DNA of 64,000 nucleotides. Origin: Macrostomum lignano (lineage: Eukaryota). The stretch is from NCBI GenBank assembly GCA_002269645.1, contig NIVC01002548.1, forward strand, positions 62,001-126,000, written 5' to 3'. A model generated the notes under the pieces. The model had not been told where the DNA came from. It saw only the letters and a program-made list of their open reading frames with translations, and did no database searches. Positions 37,946 to 51,078 of this stretch are shown here, one piece after another. Made by a program: the position numbers and the translations under genes. Numbering within the stretch: the first letter of the stretch is position 1; each line of letters begins with the position of its first letter.

Positions 37946-38972
37946 TTACAAAACCAGCATCTCGAACTCCATCAGTGAGTAGTAGTAGCCGAAGGACAAG
38001 CTCCAAATGACACCTTGAGCATAGGGATCTTCAGTGGCCACAGAGGCGTCTCTGTACTCCCCATTCGGGTGCGTGCAGTGGCAATTGGTGAACCACCAGG
38101 CTCCTCGAAAAAACGCTGCGCAGTTACCAGGATGAGTGTCGTGATCGGCGTCCTTTGTGGTGAACTGCTGCCCTTTTCCACCAGCGAAGCAGTCGCCGAT
38201 GCCGGCGCTGCCGCGGAGAAGCCGGAAACGCTCAGCCGGTAGTTGTCGGACTCGGGACCCACGGAGAAGCTGGAGTACTCAGCCCAGTGCTCAGACCCGT
38301 TCCAGGCTTTCATTAGAAACCGCACCTTGTGACTTCCATGCTGCGTGATTTCGTGAAGAGCGTTCAGACCTGAAATAGCAATTGCCAAACTATTAGCAGT
38401 AGGCATTTGAACATGCAGATATTTTAGTCTGTACAATAAGCTCTAATAGGTCACAACTTTTTGGTCCTCACCAATCCAGTAGTTTCCGTCGGGTCCCTCG
38501 CCGAACTCGCTCTGGTACTGAGTCCAGTTGCGCTAAAATTCCACTGAGCCGGACACCCTGTGCTGCACGGTGGTCCAGCAGTCACTGCCGGCTGTCTGCA
38601 AGGAGACGTCACGCATTCTAAATGAAGGCATTCGGAGAAACAACGAAGAGCCAACTCATTATCTTACCCATAAACCACGCGGAGCTGCCTTGTTTAAACT
38701 GCAGCACTTCCTGCAGTGGCTCAGGCCCAGGCGACACCTGAAGTGAGCGCACAGGCCGGAGCTGGCGTTGAACGCCACCAGCTGCACAGCGGAGTCGCTG
38801 CTGGCAGCAGCTGAGCACTCAATTCTGGACAGGTCCGAGAACGATATCTGACAACTTCGTAATCAGAAAGGCTCTCTTCGCTTGCCCACCACCTGCGCTC
38901 AGAGGAAGCTGCGTCAATGTGACCTGCAGCTAGCAGTAGAAGCATGAAAGCATTGAAGTTTTGCAACTGCAT
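37946..38972 (-). pseudogene. Fibrinogen-related (FReD) secreted-protein pseudogene; exons ~38668-38972, 38472-38617, 37946-38369
   Basis: Signal-peptide-like [61 protein letters not shown]...YRLSVSGFS^GSAGIGDCF..GQQFTTKDADHD..NCA.FFRGAWWFTNCH. Nonsense TAG at 38533-38535 and a frameshift near 38213. The N-terminal exon is less certain. Confidence 0.85.
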
Positions 38973-40226
38973 TTCTCTTTTCATTGCGCTGCCCGAATGA
39001 AAGCAAAAGCTACATTGGCTGACACTGCTTTCTTGCTTGTTTTCATCTTTTATGGCTTTAACACAAAGCGTGGAAGCCACTGCAAAGACACCGACTGTTG
39101 ATTGACAAGTCTGTTGTTGCGGATGCAACAAGCAGGAAGTCTTATTCATGGTTTGAGACCATGCTTTGGGCGGCCGGTCTGACTCACTCATCCCAAAGCT
39201 GAGCACCGCCAGCTTCCTCCGCTTCCTGCGTCTTTGCTGGAAGAAACTTTCGGGCAGACAGGAAGGAATGCAGATGCTAGCAGGCGGTGTCGAAAAAATT
39301 CCCAAATCAATAATAGCGGCATTGTCGCAGCTATGTGCTTACCTGAATGAAGTTTCCTGTTTAGTGAGAAAAAATTCTGCGGACACATTAGAATGAGTTT
39401 TTTTCTGAATCTTTGTCTTCTCTGAATACACTGTTGTCGATCATTGATCTTGTCAGATGGGAGAACAAAAATCTCTGAGACTACTTACAACAGAAGTATT
39501 ATATGTGGCACAAGTACCTCCAATTGCGCGCTGCATTAAATTCATTGCTGCTGCTTATCAAGTTTTCTCCTATAGTAGAAGTTGATTGCCATCAAGTGCG
39601 CTTTTATCTAGCATTTATCCCACTGCTCCAGGGCGTGGGAAGGGAGCTGAAGGTTAGACATATCACCAAACTGGAATCGCCATGGGCTGTGTAGTGTACG
39701 CTCTGCGCGGTAATAATGTACTTGGCTTGGTCGATGAACTAACTCGTAGCAATACTCTTATTACGCAATGCTCTCGTGCCTATAAATATATTGAATTGAG
39801 CAATCGGCTCATTTAAGTGCATCGTTTCTCTCGCCAAACTAAATAGCTAGTCTTAGTCATTACAGGCTGTAGAACCGGCCTTGTCTTCCATCATTCAGTC
39901 TGGCTAGATTTCAATCACACAAAATCTCTAACAAAAAATTGAAAGAAAACAAACATATTGTTTGGAAAAGTGGCCTTCAAAACTTTTTTCCATAGATTTC
40001 GAGTGTTGCGTCCTTCTACTTTAGTAGTCCTTGGAATGTTCAACATCAACAGTCTTTGAAACCTCTGCACAAAAGACGCAGATTAGAGTAGAGCATAAAC
40101 AAGTAAGTAGAGCAGAGACGTTACTCTTGAATCCACACATACATTGAGCAGTTTTCAGCAGTTGAATTAAAGATACATGTAGGTGTTTATTAATAACTTG
40201 TTCCTCGTCTTGGATTGGCTTATCGA

Positions 40227-41802
40227 TCAAAGCTGAGTATAGTCCTTCTGGTCAGCAAGAAACCCGTGTCTGAGCAGTCTCTCAGCCGACCACCTGTCTT
40301 CGCGTGTCCATGCGGTGCACCTGCTGTAGAAGTCTCTCAGATCCTTGCTGATTGCGGTAATTTCTGGTAACCTAGGTGCGCCATGAACTTCACTTAGTCT
40401 CCTGGCCATAGCCAGCATGTTCTGGCAGTCGGTGTGCGGTCTGCCACCTGTCACCATCAGGTACACGGTGCAGCCGAACGCCCAGATGTCGGACTTGGCG
40501 CTGTACCGCGCCGGGTCCTGCTCATTTTCAGGCGCAAGCAGCTCCGGAGCCATGAAGTTGGCCGTGCCTTCGGATACGCAGAGATGGTGGAGTGGTGGCT
40601 GGCTGCCTCTTTCAGCTTCATCGACAGCCCAAAGTCGATCAGCTTGACCATCGGTCCATCAGTTTGCTGTTGTTGATGCGTACCACGCAGCACCATAATG
40701 TTCCAACCGTTGATGTCTCGGTGGATCACAGGAGGCTGGCGGGTGTGGATGTACTGCATGGCGCTGCAAATCTGCAGATGAGGTGAAGGAACGTGTAAGG
40801 TTTTATTTCTAAAGCATCTGACTAGAATCTATTTAGTTTTTTACCTGTCCACAAATCGACCTCATCTGGGATTGGTCGCGCATTGGATTGCCTCCGATGA
40901 AGCTCTCCAGTGTGTCTCCATCCAGCAGCTCCATAAATAGACAGACCTTGAATTGATCTACTGTTTGCACAATACCCAGAAATTGTACTATGTTTTGGTG
41001 ATTCAGATCACACAGATTCTGCTCTCCATCCACCGCCCGTCTGATGCCAGTTGTACAATCCTCGCAGTCATTAGCTCCAGCTTCCACTGGCAGTCTTATC
41101 ACTTTGATGACGCATCTCTGCCAGTCAGCTGAGTTTAGTTGAACCGAACCTCTGAACACTGAGCCACCACCGCCTCGAGCCAGCAGTTTGTCTTTGCGCC
41201 ATCGTATTTGACCACCGCAGTTTAGCGAGCCGTCCAAACTCAGTTGCGACTCCCATTGATTCATTGGTAGATCCCGTTCGATGATGGTGTCCTCATCTTC
41301 CATGAACTGGGATGCAGTGGACCTCAAACTCACAGAAGGCTTTCTAAGACGAATTGAAGAAGATGGCTGACTGGCTTCCGGCTGATTTGTGGTACCCTGT
41401 TGTTCCGCAGCCATGGGTGGGAACTGTTGCTGTAAGGATCCTGAAGCCTGAAGCAGCACGTTTGGCTGCTGCTTTACGGCACGCTGTGACGCCAGCAGCG
41501 CATCGTGCCATTTTTTGAATTGAAACGGATCCTTGGTGGTCAGTCGCAGTGATGAATTACCGGTGTTGATCTGTGATGGTAGCAGGGTAGATAAGACTTT
41601 TCCCCTCTCCTCTCGATCTCTCCTCTCCGCGCCCCTCTCCTCTCATCTCCCTTCTCTCCTCTCTTCTCACTCTGGCATATGGCGGCGCTGAATGCACAAC
41701 TCACCTGCATGAAGCTTCTCTCTTCACTATCGTGTGCCTCCACTACTGAGCACCCGTCACTTTGCAGCAACACGGAACAAATAGTCTTTTTTCTTGACGA
41801 GT
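40227..41802 (-). pseudogene. PH-like domain plus Ser/Thr (STE/MAP3K-like) kinase with a frameshift between DFG and APE; exons 41705-41802, 40845-41570, 40227-40771
   Basis: ARGGGGSVF, VIK, HRDINGWN, DFG in one frame; GTANFMAPE and SDIWAFGC in another. The last exon is 545 nt, 1 nt short of a whole number of codons. Upstream ...SFMQ|INTGNSSLRLTTKDPFQFKKWHDAL resembles a PH C-terminus. The 5' exons were not located. Confidence 0.8.
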
Positions 41803-43591
41803 CTGCTTAATAAATGACAGAGAGTGGGAATTCATTCGATTCTAACTTAAGAATTCAGCGGTTTCTCAATCTATCAGATTCCATTATTGGATCCGCACTG
41901 AGGGCAGAATCCAGTTTCGCCAGGTTCGCAGGCGGAGGTAAGGTGCATGGGTGCCTTGATCAACCGCCCCTCCCATAGGGCCTACATGTACATGGGGCCT
42001 TAACTACAAGCGTACATGGAGTGTTGGGCGAGAGGCGTTGCAGGGTGAGGGGCAGGACGAGATGTTTTCAACCAATGGGAGTTGCGGTGATCGGACGCCC
42101 ACCTCATCTCCAAAAAGGGCCCTTATCTGCGTTCTTAGTAGTCACGCACAAAATCGCTCAGATTTCGATGGAGGCCGGTGGTTGCTGCAAAATGCTTGAG
42201 CCAGATAGGAATTTTTCAGTTTTTCAACGCTAAAATCCCAATATCTCAATTTCTGCGCAATATCTCTGAATTTCAAATTAAGCAACTAGTATTGCGCCCC
42301 CTAAGATATGTTTGAGAGTTTTAAGATTTGTTTGAGACATTTATTTTTAGATGACGTCTTCTTCAATAGAAGAATTTAATCCGTAAAAACCCACGCTCGA
42401 AAAATTACTCTCGAGAGACGGTAAAACAGAAATTTCTACACAAAGTTTTGCTAGATTAGATTGTCTGTCTCCAGTAGCAATTTGTCCGGTCGCTTGAGTA
42501 GCTAACTGGTATAGTTGCACCTACCTACACGAACACATGCTTGCTTCATTTGCAGCAGTTTATAGAGGTCATATTGTCAATCTAGTGCTCAGAAAACTCA
42601 AAACACTTTCTGTATTATTTCATGCAGCGAAACCGCGGCCTCCAGCAAACCTGGCACGAGTCGAGTCGATCGTGCTCGCAGCGTCCTTGTAGCTCGTACG
42701 TCAGTTGTCCATGACTATTTTGCCATTCCCCCATAGTGGAATCCGACAGAGAAACCGCAGCTCTGATATACTGATTTTTCGGACTATATAGAATAATTAT
42801 TAAAAATACGTACCTTTAAAAATGATCAATTCGTGGGATGCGTGCAAAACGGCGTATCGCTTTTTCCATTTGCGATTCCCCTGCAAGCAGAATGATAGAA
42901 AGCTGACGTCTCTCTGTCACACCCGTGTGAACTGGTGATTAAACATTGCTATAATATTAAATATCCATAACTATGTTGAGTACAATTATCGAGGTATACT
43001 CTATACTCACCTGATAGAGCAGTACGTCACCTTTCTTAATAACTTGCATTTTTACTTGATCTTATTTTATGGCAAGCAGAGGCAACAAAAATTTGAAGCG
43101 ATTTGCTTTTGATTTGAGTTTTCAATTTTTTAGTAGTTTTATATCCATTATTTATTTATATTTTAAGTTCTGACACAAAAGTTCTCTTTCCTCACCTAGC
43201 TATAGCTGTACATTCAGATGCTTTGAGATGCTCTTGAGATTTGCTACTTGTGTTGTGTGCCAATATTTGGAAAGAAAATTTTTACACAAGGCAATTGTTC
43301 GTCTGGTTTGCTTTTAATGAGTACACTGTATTTCGTAGCGCATGGCTAACGCACACTACGGCATGGATGTTCTGTAACGTGCTTAACGAGCTCGTAATGT
43401 ACTGTTGAGTATAGTCCATGAAAATTTGTAAACTATGACTACATATGACTATGTGTGAATGTCTAACAGAAACGCATGCAAAATAACCATTAAAACCGAT
43501 TGGTTAGGCGGCCGGATCTCATTATATGCACTGCTGCCTGTATTATTACTCGTACTATAGTTAAAATAAAAGGCGCTAAAATATATATCAC

Positions 43592-44205
43592 CTGCGGCGC
43601 TCGAATGAGTGCCTGTGCGACGCTAAAATGAGTGCTTGTGCGGCGCTAAAATAAGTGCCTGCGGCGCTCAAATGAGTGCCTGCGGCGCTCAAATGAGTGC
43701 CTGCGGCGCTAAAATGAATTTCTGCGGCGCTAAAATGAATGTCTGCGGCGCTAAAATGAATTTCTGCCGCGCTAAAATGAACTTCTGCGGCGCTAAAATG
43801 AATGTCTGCGGCGCTAAAATGAATTTCTGCGGCGCTAAAATGAGTGCCTGCGGCGCTAAAATGAATTTCTGCCGCGCTAAAATGAACTTCTGCGGCGCTA
43901 AAATGAATGTCTGCGGCGCTAAAATGAATTTCTGCGGCGCTAAAATGAATGTCTGCGGCGCTAAAATGAATGTCTGCGGCGCTAAAATGAATTTCTGCGG
44001 CGCTAAAATGAATTTCTGCGGCGCTAAAATGAGTGCCTGCGGCGCTAAAATGAATTTCTGCCGCGCTAAAATGAATGTCTGCGGCGCTAAAATGAATTTC
44101 TGCGGCGCTAAAATGAATTTCTGCGGCGCTAAAATGAGTGCCTGCGGCGCTAAAATGAATTTCTGCGGCGCTAAAATGAGTGCCTGCGGCGCTAAAATGA
44201 GTGCT
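43592..44205. repeat. 21-bp minisatellite (CTGCGGCGCTAAAATGAATTT and variants), ~29 copies
   Basis: Seen directly; variants end in ATGAGTGC, ATGAATGT, ATGAATTT or ATGAACTT. Confidence 0.95.
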
Positions 44206-45995
44206 GAAAACAGCCGACTCTCAAAATAATGTAGATGTAGGAATTCAGTCATTTACATGTAAAATTATTTGCTTTGTACCCCCACCATAAAATCCATGGC
44301 GACGCGTTTGGTTGTAAAGCTTGCAATACGATCAACTGCATAATATTTTAATTTATGGTTTCGATAGTTAATGTTAGATAGTTAGAGCGCATGATCGGTA
44401 CGTCTGGCTGAAGAACTCAGTTTACATCGCATGAATTCACAGCAATTGGCTGTTCGAAGTTCCAGGGGGAATATCGATCACTTTATGGTGCGAGATGTGC
44501 ATGCATGTGCATGTAGTTTAAGGGAAAGAATAGTTTAGGAGATTGATATGTAGATCGAGAGATGTTTAGCAGTTCTCTGTCAGCGGCCGGAAGAACGTCC
44601 AGTAGGTTGAGTTTTGACGCACAAAACACTGATCATGATCGCACGAGCCTGAAATGAGCCTGAGGTAACTTGACTCTTACTTAGCCTTAGCCAGTTATTG
44701 GGAAAATTCTGCAAGGGAACTCGAAAGGTTCAACGCAATTGTGACACGCAACATGTGACGACGGCTGGGGCTCTGCATGATTTGATATGGGCAACAGGTC
44801 AATTAAGTATCGCGTACGTCACGATCGAGTGTCAGATGTGACTGTCACCTGTCCTTGAACCGTTTTGCTGCCAAGCAAACCGAGGGTCGTCTATAGTAGC
44901 GCCAGTCCTACTCCTGATTGGCCAATGCACGCCTCCGCACTTATTTGCACGATTCCAAAGGAATTGCCGAGAGTAGGGCATCTAACATTTGTGTAGCAGC
45001 CCCGCGGGGCCCTGGATTCCGACTGTCAAAAGACCAAGAGGGCACAAAAATGGAGAACATTTAGGGTTGAGAAGCGAAGTCAAGAAAATAATAAGGGCAA
45101 CTGTTGCATAAGTTGTTCTATTTCTCAAATATTTTCTGCTTCAAAACTAAAAGTAGGAAAGAATTTAAGCAAATCCATTTACTGTTGCCTAACCAAAGTA
45201 CTTTGTGAAGAAAACAATTTAGGAAATTTTCAAATCTGCCAGTACTGATCTGACAAAATCCAGCAGAGAAATTTGAAAACCTAATAGTTCAAGTCTTGTT
45301 TGTGATTAGTTGTGTGAGAGAAGTAGCAATTTTACTTTCCTCTCTTTGCTTGATTTGTATCTTTTGAAAATCATAAAATGTTTTTATGTACCACCGAGCT
45401 AAAAAATGCTTGTGAAAACTCGTAAGATCTTACAAGGCGAAGCAGACAGCAAATCTGGTTAGAAATTTAGGTAAGAACAGATGTCAAGAATGAGTGAACA
45501 GATTGTCAACTAGGGTCTTGGTGGGCGCCCCCCCCCCTCCTGTTTCTCTTGGTGGGCACCCCTGCAACTGTCTTAGAGAAGAGCAATTTGGGTGCGATTG
45601 TGTGGAGATCACAGCCCCTCCTGCCCCTCCTCTGCGTACGCCACCAACGTCGTATAGACGTGCATGCAGTGTACGCGGTGGTAGAGAAGATTTTGCAGCC
45701 CTCGACTGACACAGCCATGACACGTCACAGGCTGGTCTGCCTGGGACAGACGTTCATAGACAGAAGAATACTCAGGAAGGTATTATTCACGCAGAAATAA
45801 ACACCGCAGGGCTTAACCGTACCGTACAGACACTTTCGTGTACAACTATAGATTAAGGGAACGTTTTTCTCTGTCACTATAAAACCTGCTAGCAGACCTT
45901 GGGCTGTCATCTGCAATTGTTAGATAGCACCAGTTAGTTAGTTAGAGCAGAAAAGAAAAGCTTACACACTGCTACCACAGATTGCAGCTGATAGA

Positions 45996-46813
45996 ATGGC
46001 AGTTTCATCTAGCTTAGTGTTAGCCGGCGGTGCCGCAGCTCTGGGACTGTACTGGTACGGCCGGAAGCGGCTGGAGGACGCCAGGGAGCCTCCATCGGTT
46101 GGTCGCTACCCTCTGGTTGGCAGCATGCGCCACATCCACGAGCCGCTGTACCTCTGGCTGTACGAGAACTTCGGCTCGGAGCCCGTCGTTCGGGTGCACT
46201 TCGGCACCCAGTGCGTCTACGTGTTTAACAAGTGGTCCGCATTCAAGGAGGCCATGGTGGACAACGCCGATCAGCTGTCGGGACGTCTGAGCCAGAAACT
46301 CACCGCTCGTCTGTTTGGCGACGTCGGCGGCATTGTGGCCTCCGACGGCGAAGTGTGGCGCGACTACCGGCGCTTCACATTGAAGACACTGCGCGACTTC
46401 GGCTTCGGCCGACGCGGTGCCGAGGAAATCATTACCGTTGAGGCGGAGCACCTGCGCCAGACGCTCGACGAAGCGGCTGGGAAGCCGGTGGAAACTTCGG
46501 TTCTGTTGAGCACGGCGACCAGCAACATCATCTGCCAGCTGGTGTTCGGCTCCCGGCTGGCCTCGGAGGACGAGAAGTTCGGAGAGATTCTCGAAGTGTT
46601 TCGCAAGATCACGCACAACGAAGACTCGAACTCGACTAACGCGATGTTTATGACGATTATTCCTCTGATCGAGAATCTTCCTTTCATTGCCGATCTGTTT
46701 TTTAAAACGCCGGCTTCCAAGGCTGCCATTGATGACTTTTTGAAACTGCTGGGCTACTGCAACGAACAGCGGGACAAGCACATCGCCGAGATGGAGGGCG
46801 TCGATACAGCCAG
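45996..46813 (+). CDS. Cytochrome P450, CYP2 clan, exon 1
   Basis: N-terminal membrane anchor, PPSVGRYPLVGSM Pro cluster, C-helix WRDYRRF, LRDFGFG; AG|GTAAGC donor (phase 2). Confidence 0.94.
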
Positions 46814-47107
46814 GTAAGCTTATGGAGTGATTGAGGTACATGTCTTACAGTGAGGTACATATCTGGCAGTGACGTATATATCTGACAATGAGGTACACGC
46901 CTGATAATGAGATACATCTGACGAGATGCAGGGTCAGTAACAGGGCATATAAACATGCACATGCTCCGTAGTCCGTAATTGTGGCACAAAACACAGTATA
47001 TCTGACTTAGGATTTTCAAGAAGTATCATACTTTAGTTACATTTACTTTCATGTACATATTTACCTGTACATGTACTTCTCCCCGTGACAAAAACGCTAC
47101 GACACAG

Positions 47108-47360
47108 AGACTACATCGAGGCGCACCTGTTGTACCAGCGCGACCAGCCCGAGATGTTCAACGACACGCGTCTGACCATGGCCGTCAGCGACCTGTTCAT
47201 CGCTGGCACCGACACCACTGCCAACACGCTGCGCTGGGCGATTCTCTACATGATTGACAACCCGGACGTCTGCGAGAAAGTGCACGAGGAGGTGGTGAAG
47301 GCCATTGGAAACGACCGGCTGCCCACTATGCAGGACAAAGCGAGACTGCCGTACACTCAG
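47108..47360 (+). CDS. Cytochrome P450, CYP2 clan, exon 2 (I helix)
   Basis: ACACAG|A acceptor; DYIEAHL...DLFIAGTDTTANTLRW...LPYTQ; CAG|GT donor. Confidence 0.93.
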
Positions 47361-47651
47361 GTTGGGAGAAAATTAACTCGATGTAGAGGCGATATTATCC
47401 GCACAATACCGGTATATTTTATCCTGTGGATGACTGCGTTTAACTACACATGTAATTTCCTTTTGTTAAATGGCAGGTGACGTCTGTGTACCTGTGTGTG
47501 TGTGATATATTTAATATTTTGACAAGGTGATGTCGGTTGGCAGATATGGTACCCTCAAATATGCAATGTCAGTAAGTCAAAAAGACGATGTCTTTGACCA
47601 AAGTCTATATACGAGCTACCAATACTTAATTGTCCGTGACCACATCCTCTA

Positions 47652-47800
47652 AGCAATGTCCTCGTTTCAGATGATGTTCTCAGGCAATGCCCTTATTTCA
47701 GATGATGTTCTATAAGCATTGTCCTTGTTTCAGATGATGTTCTCTACGCAGGCAATGTCCTTATTTCAGATGACGTTCTCTAAGCATAGTCAATGTCCTC
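47652..47800. repeat. Degenerate ~30-bp tandem repeat (GCAATGTCCTTATTTCAGATGATGTTCT), ~4 copies, in P450 intron 2
   Basis: Seen directly. Confidence 0.7.
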
Positions 47801-47831
47801 TTTAAACAATGTGCTTTAATTTATTTTCAAG

Positions 47832-48290
47832 GCCGTGATCGAAGAAGTCCACCGCAAAGCCAGCCTCGTCCCAATGGGAGTTTTCCACCGAGTTGTGGAC
47901 GAAGTCACTCTGGCCAACAATGGCGGCTGGAAGCTTCAACCAGACAGCGTCTGCACCTTCAACACGTACGCCATCCACCACGACCCGGAGGTGTTCCCGC
48001 AGCCGGAGAAGTTTCTGCCGGAGCGGCACCTGAAGGAGGACGGGCAGTTCGCGGCCAGCCCGCACCTGTCCACCTTCGGCCTGGGCAAGAGGGCCTGTCT
48101 TGGCGAGAGTCTGGCCCGCATGGAGCTGCTGGTGTTCTTCGTGACCCTCGTGCAGCGCTACAGCTTCAGCCTGGACCCCGAGGACAGCCGGACGATGTGG
48201 CAGCTCACAGAGGATCCGAGCTTCTCCAAGGGCACCGTGCTGAGGTCCCCGCCGCTGCACAAAATCGTGTTCAAAGCCAGAAACATTTAG
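47832..48290 (+). CDS. Cytochrome P450, CYP2 clan, exon 3 (ExxR, PERF-like, heme motif, stop); 509 aa total
   Basis: TTTTCAAG|GCC acceptor; EVHR, PEKFLPERH, FGLGKRACLG. The three exons sum to 1530 nt with no break. Confidence 0.95.
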   Translation, partial: AVIEEVHRKASLVPMGVFHRVVDEVTLANNGGWKLQPDSVCTFNTYAIHHDPEVFPQPEKFLPERHLKEDGQFAASPHLSTFGLGKRACLGESLARMELLVFFVTLVQRYSFSLDPEDSRTMWQLTEDPSFSKGTVLRSPPLHKIVFKARNI

Positions 48291-49248
48291 CCAGGGATCA
48301 TAAACTGTTCTCTTAGATTGCACGTTAAAATTCTGAACAAAACTAACTATTGGAAGCATGCAAGAAGACAAACTTTTGTGGAAATTTCAATTTAAAATTT
48401 TGTTGTTTTGATCTACCATAAATTTAGTAGCTTTACTGTATCGCCCCACCCCTCAAGGTAATATGACTCCGTGCACGTGTGTGTAAAAATAGTGCCCAGA
48501 CATGTAAATGCATATACCTTTTGATACTTTTTGCAGTAAAACGTGTGTTATGCAAAACAAAAACAAAATTTTATTTTTTAATCTCCATTCCCACTCAGTT
48601 ATTGTTTGTGAAGTTTACATGTAGAGGGTTATACACAATTTTTTGTATTTTTAGGATGAAAGCATGCTTTGGAAACGATGCTTTGTACTAAAAGTAGTTC
48701 GGACAGACAGTAGAAACAGATTTTCAAACGTTTTAATATATATAAAAATATTATCCAGTGCAAAAGTACAATTTTTCGAAATAAACTTTCCTCTGGAACT
48801 CTTTTATGATTCCCGCGTGACAGAAGATAAGGCAGCTGCAGCTATGTGAGCCGAAGCTGCAAGCGATTCCTACTAAATTATTGATTATATTGGAATCGGC
48901 CGTTTCGTTGCAACCATAAAAATATTATTAAGCTACTACAGTGGGATATAAAAGCATATACGAGTATTGTTATAGTCGTCTAAGACGCAATTTGTTCAGC
49001 AAGCAATTCCTAAGCAATATTCGATCACAAGCAAGCTAGCTTTTCCTTCATGGATCCATGAATCGTGCAGAATGAAAATTCATCATTCATCTTTTTTCGA
49101 AATTAGAGATGCAAGGACAACCAAAGCAACGCACCGACAGGACGCGTCACGCGACACTGATATTTCATGGAAAAAAATTGTGACATTATTTGGAAAATTA
49201 TATTGGCCCTTCAAATAAAACATTTTCATAGATTTCGAGTGTTGCGTC

Positions 49249-51078
49249 TGTCGTAGTTTGAACACAGCTGTCGGCAGAGTTTATTTAAGCATAGAAAATT
49301 ATTATAACATAAGTGAGAGGCTGAGAACGAAAGCTTAAGAACATATAGCTGATTGCTACCATAGACATAACGCGGATATGGGTAAAGTGGGTAAAGTGCA
49401 GCAACGCTAACTCTAGCTAGCAGCTACTACAACATGTCCCCGTCGGCGAAGGAAGACGATGGATAACGACGCCCGCAGGACAGTCAAACAAACAAACTTT
49501 AAGAACTAGCTAGTAAACTTCGAAAAGTCAGTGATCACGCGATCACGGTTTACTCAGTCTGAGCCTACTGCACAAGGCGATTTGGGGGATTCCTCACCCT
49601 AGTGCTTCTTCTTGTCGGAGCGATCTCTGGGGGAATCTCAGGCATATTAGTTTGTGGTTGTTGGTGAACTTCCTCTTCTTCCTCATCGACTTCAGAGGCA
49701 GGAGCCAGCGGGCCGAATTGATTGTTTGAAGCCAGGTGTAGTTTGGCGCCCGTCAGTAGCCTAGAGGTGTTGTGCCCTTGCGACATCAGGAACTCAGCTC
49801 GAGAGCTGGTGGTGTCGCCGTTGGCCTTGAACTGCACCGGGTCGCCCTGCTGGAAGGTGGAGACCACCGGAACCCGAAGTCGCCGTCCTAGCACGAGCTC
49901 GGCAGGCGTTCGTCCGCGTGAATTTGAAGAATTGCGATGATGCAGCAGAGCCTTCTGCAAAAAAGCGATTAAGCTGCCATGTGTTAGACGCTGTGTCCAT
50001 GCCTGCAAGGCCTTCTTGATAGTCTGAACGGCTCGCTCAGCTGCACCATTAGATTGAGGGGAATATGGAGGGCTCTCCATCTTACGAGCACCGTTCTTTT
50101 CCAACCAGGCCAATAGTGGAGCTGAGGTGAACTCCGCTGCGTTGTCCGAAACAACCAGCTCCGGAACGCCAAAGCGAGTAAAAACCGTTCGCAGCGAGTT
50201 GATGACGCTGTCTGCTGATCTGTCCTTTGCGGGGAAAGCTTCTATCCAGCCCGAGTATGCATCAACCACGATGAGAATGTTGCCGACGGCTGGTACAAAA
50301 GCCCAGTCCATGTGCACTCTTTGAAATGGAGCGGTGGCAGGTGGCCAAGTGTCCCGAGTTTTTTGTAGACGAGGTCTTAACTGAGTGCATGCCTGGCATT
50401 GATGAACGAATTGCTCCACGTCCCTCTGCATACCGGGCCACCAACAGGTCTGTGCAAGCAACTTGTGCGCTGCGTTGGAACCCGTATGAGTGTCGTGCAC
50501 TGCGTCGAAGGCCTCTCGTCTGAACCTTGGTGGAATGCATGAATGCTCGGCGGCGCATGTAGATCAGGCCATTCTCTAGGGTCAGGCATTCCGCGACTTT
50601 CTTTAAGGCTGCCTCTGCTTGTGTGCAGTCTCGCCAGTCACCCGACCGAATGCGGCGAACTATTCGTTGAAGGAGTCTGTCTGACTCAATTTCGGACGTA
50701 AAGTCGGTACGTCTGATGCTCATCTCTGGCCTGCAGAACCCAGAAGATCAACGACGCATTCTGGGAGCCATGCAAACGAGACTTGAAGATCACCGAAATC
50801 GTGGATATAGCCAGGACTATCGAACAAGTGTCGAAGTTCGTAGACAGCAGCGATCTTCGAAACGCTGACACAGAGCCTACCCAAGAAGGACACTCCATCA
50901 ACTTCGCAGGGAAGGGAGCTCGGCAGCATCGAGGCGGTAGCATGACCATGTCCGATGAACGGCACATAGGCGACTGCAAGTTTTGTGGCAGATCTCACCC
51001 AGCTGGCAAATGCCCGGCTTACGGCAAGACATGCAATAAATGCAACAACGCTAGCTCTAGCTAGCAGCTACTACAACA
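49249..51078 (-). mobile_element. Rearranged Ty3/Gypsy remnant: complete LTR 49249-49434, integrase (minus) 49565-~50700, inverted gag fragment (plus) ~50712-51045, 33-bp LTR stub 51046-51078; 5-bp TSD GCGTC
   Basis: TSD at 49244-49248 and 51079-51083. The uninterrupted target GAGTGTTGCGTCCTTCTACTTT occurs at ~40000-40022. Integrase has HDTH..CQAC and D-D-E; gag has CKFCGRSH..CPAYGKTCNKC. Confidence 0.88.

Noticed and set aside
38720-38850. PAN/apple domain N-terminal to the FReD
   Set aside because: IECSAAA...VAFNASSGLC is reminiscent, but cysteines are missing and further frameshifts must be assumed.
42595-42740. Candidate first exon of the PH-kinase (MGEWQNSHG...WRPRF)
   Set aside because: Position and GC content are suggestive, but the frame hits a stop with no clean phase-compatible donor; not supportable without alignment.
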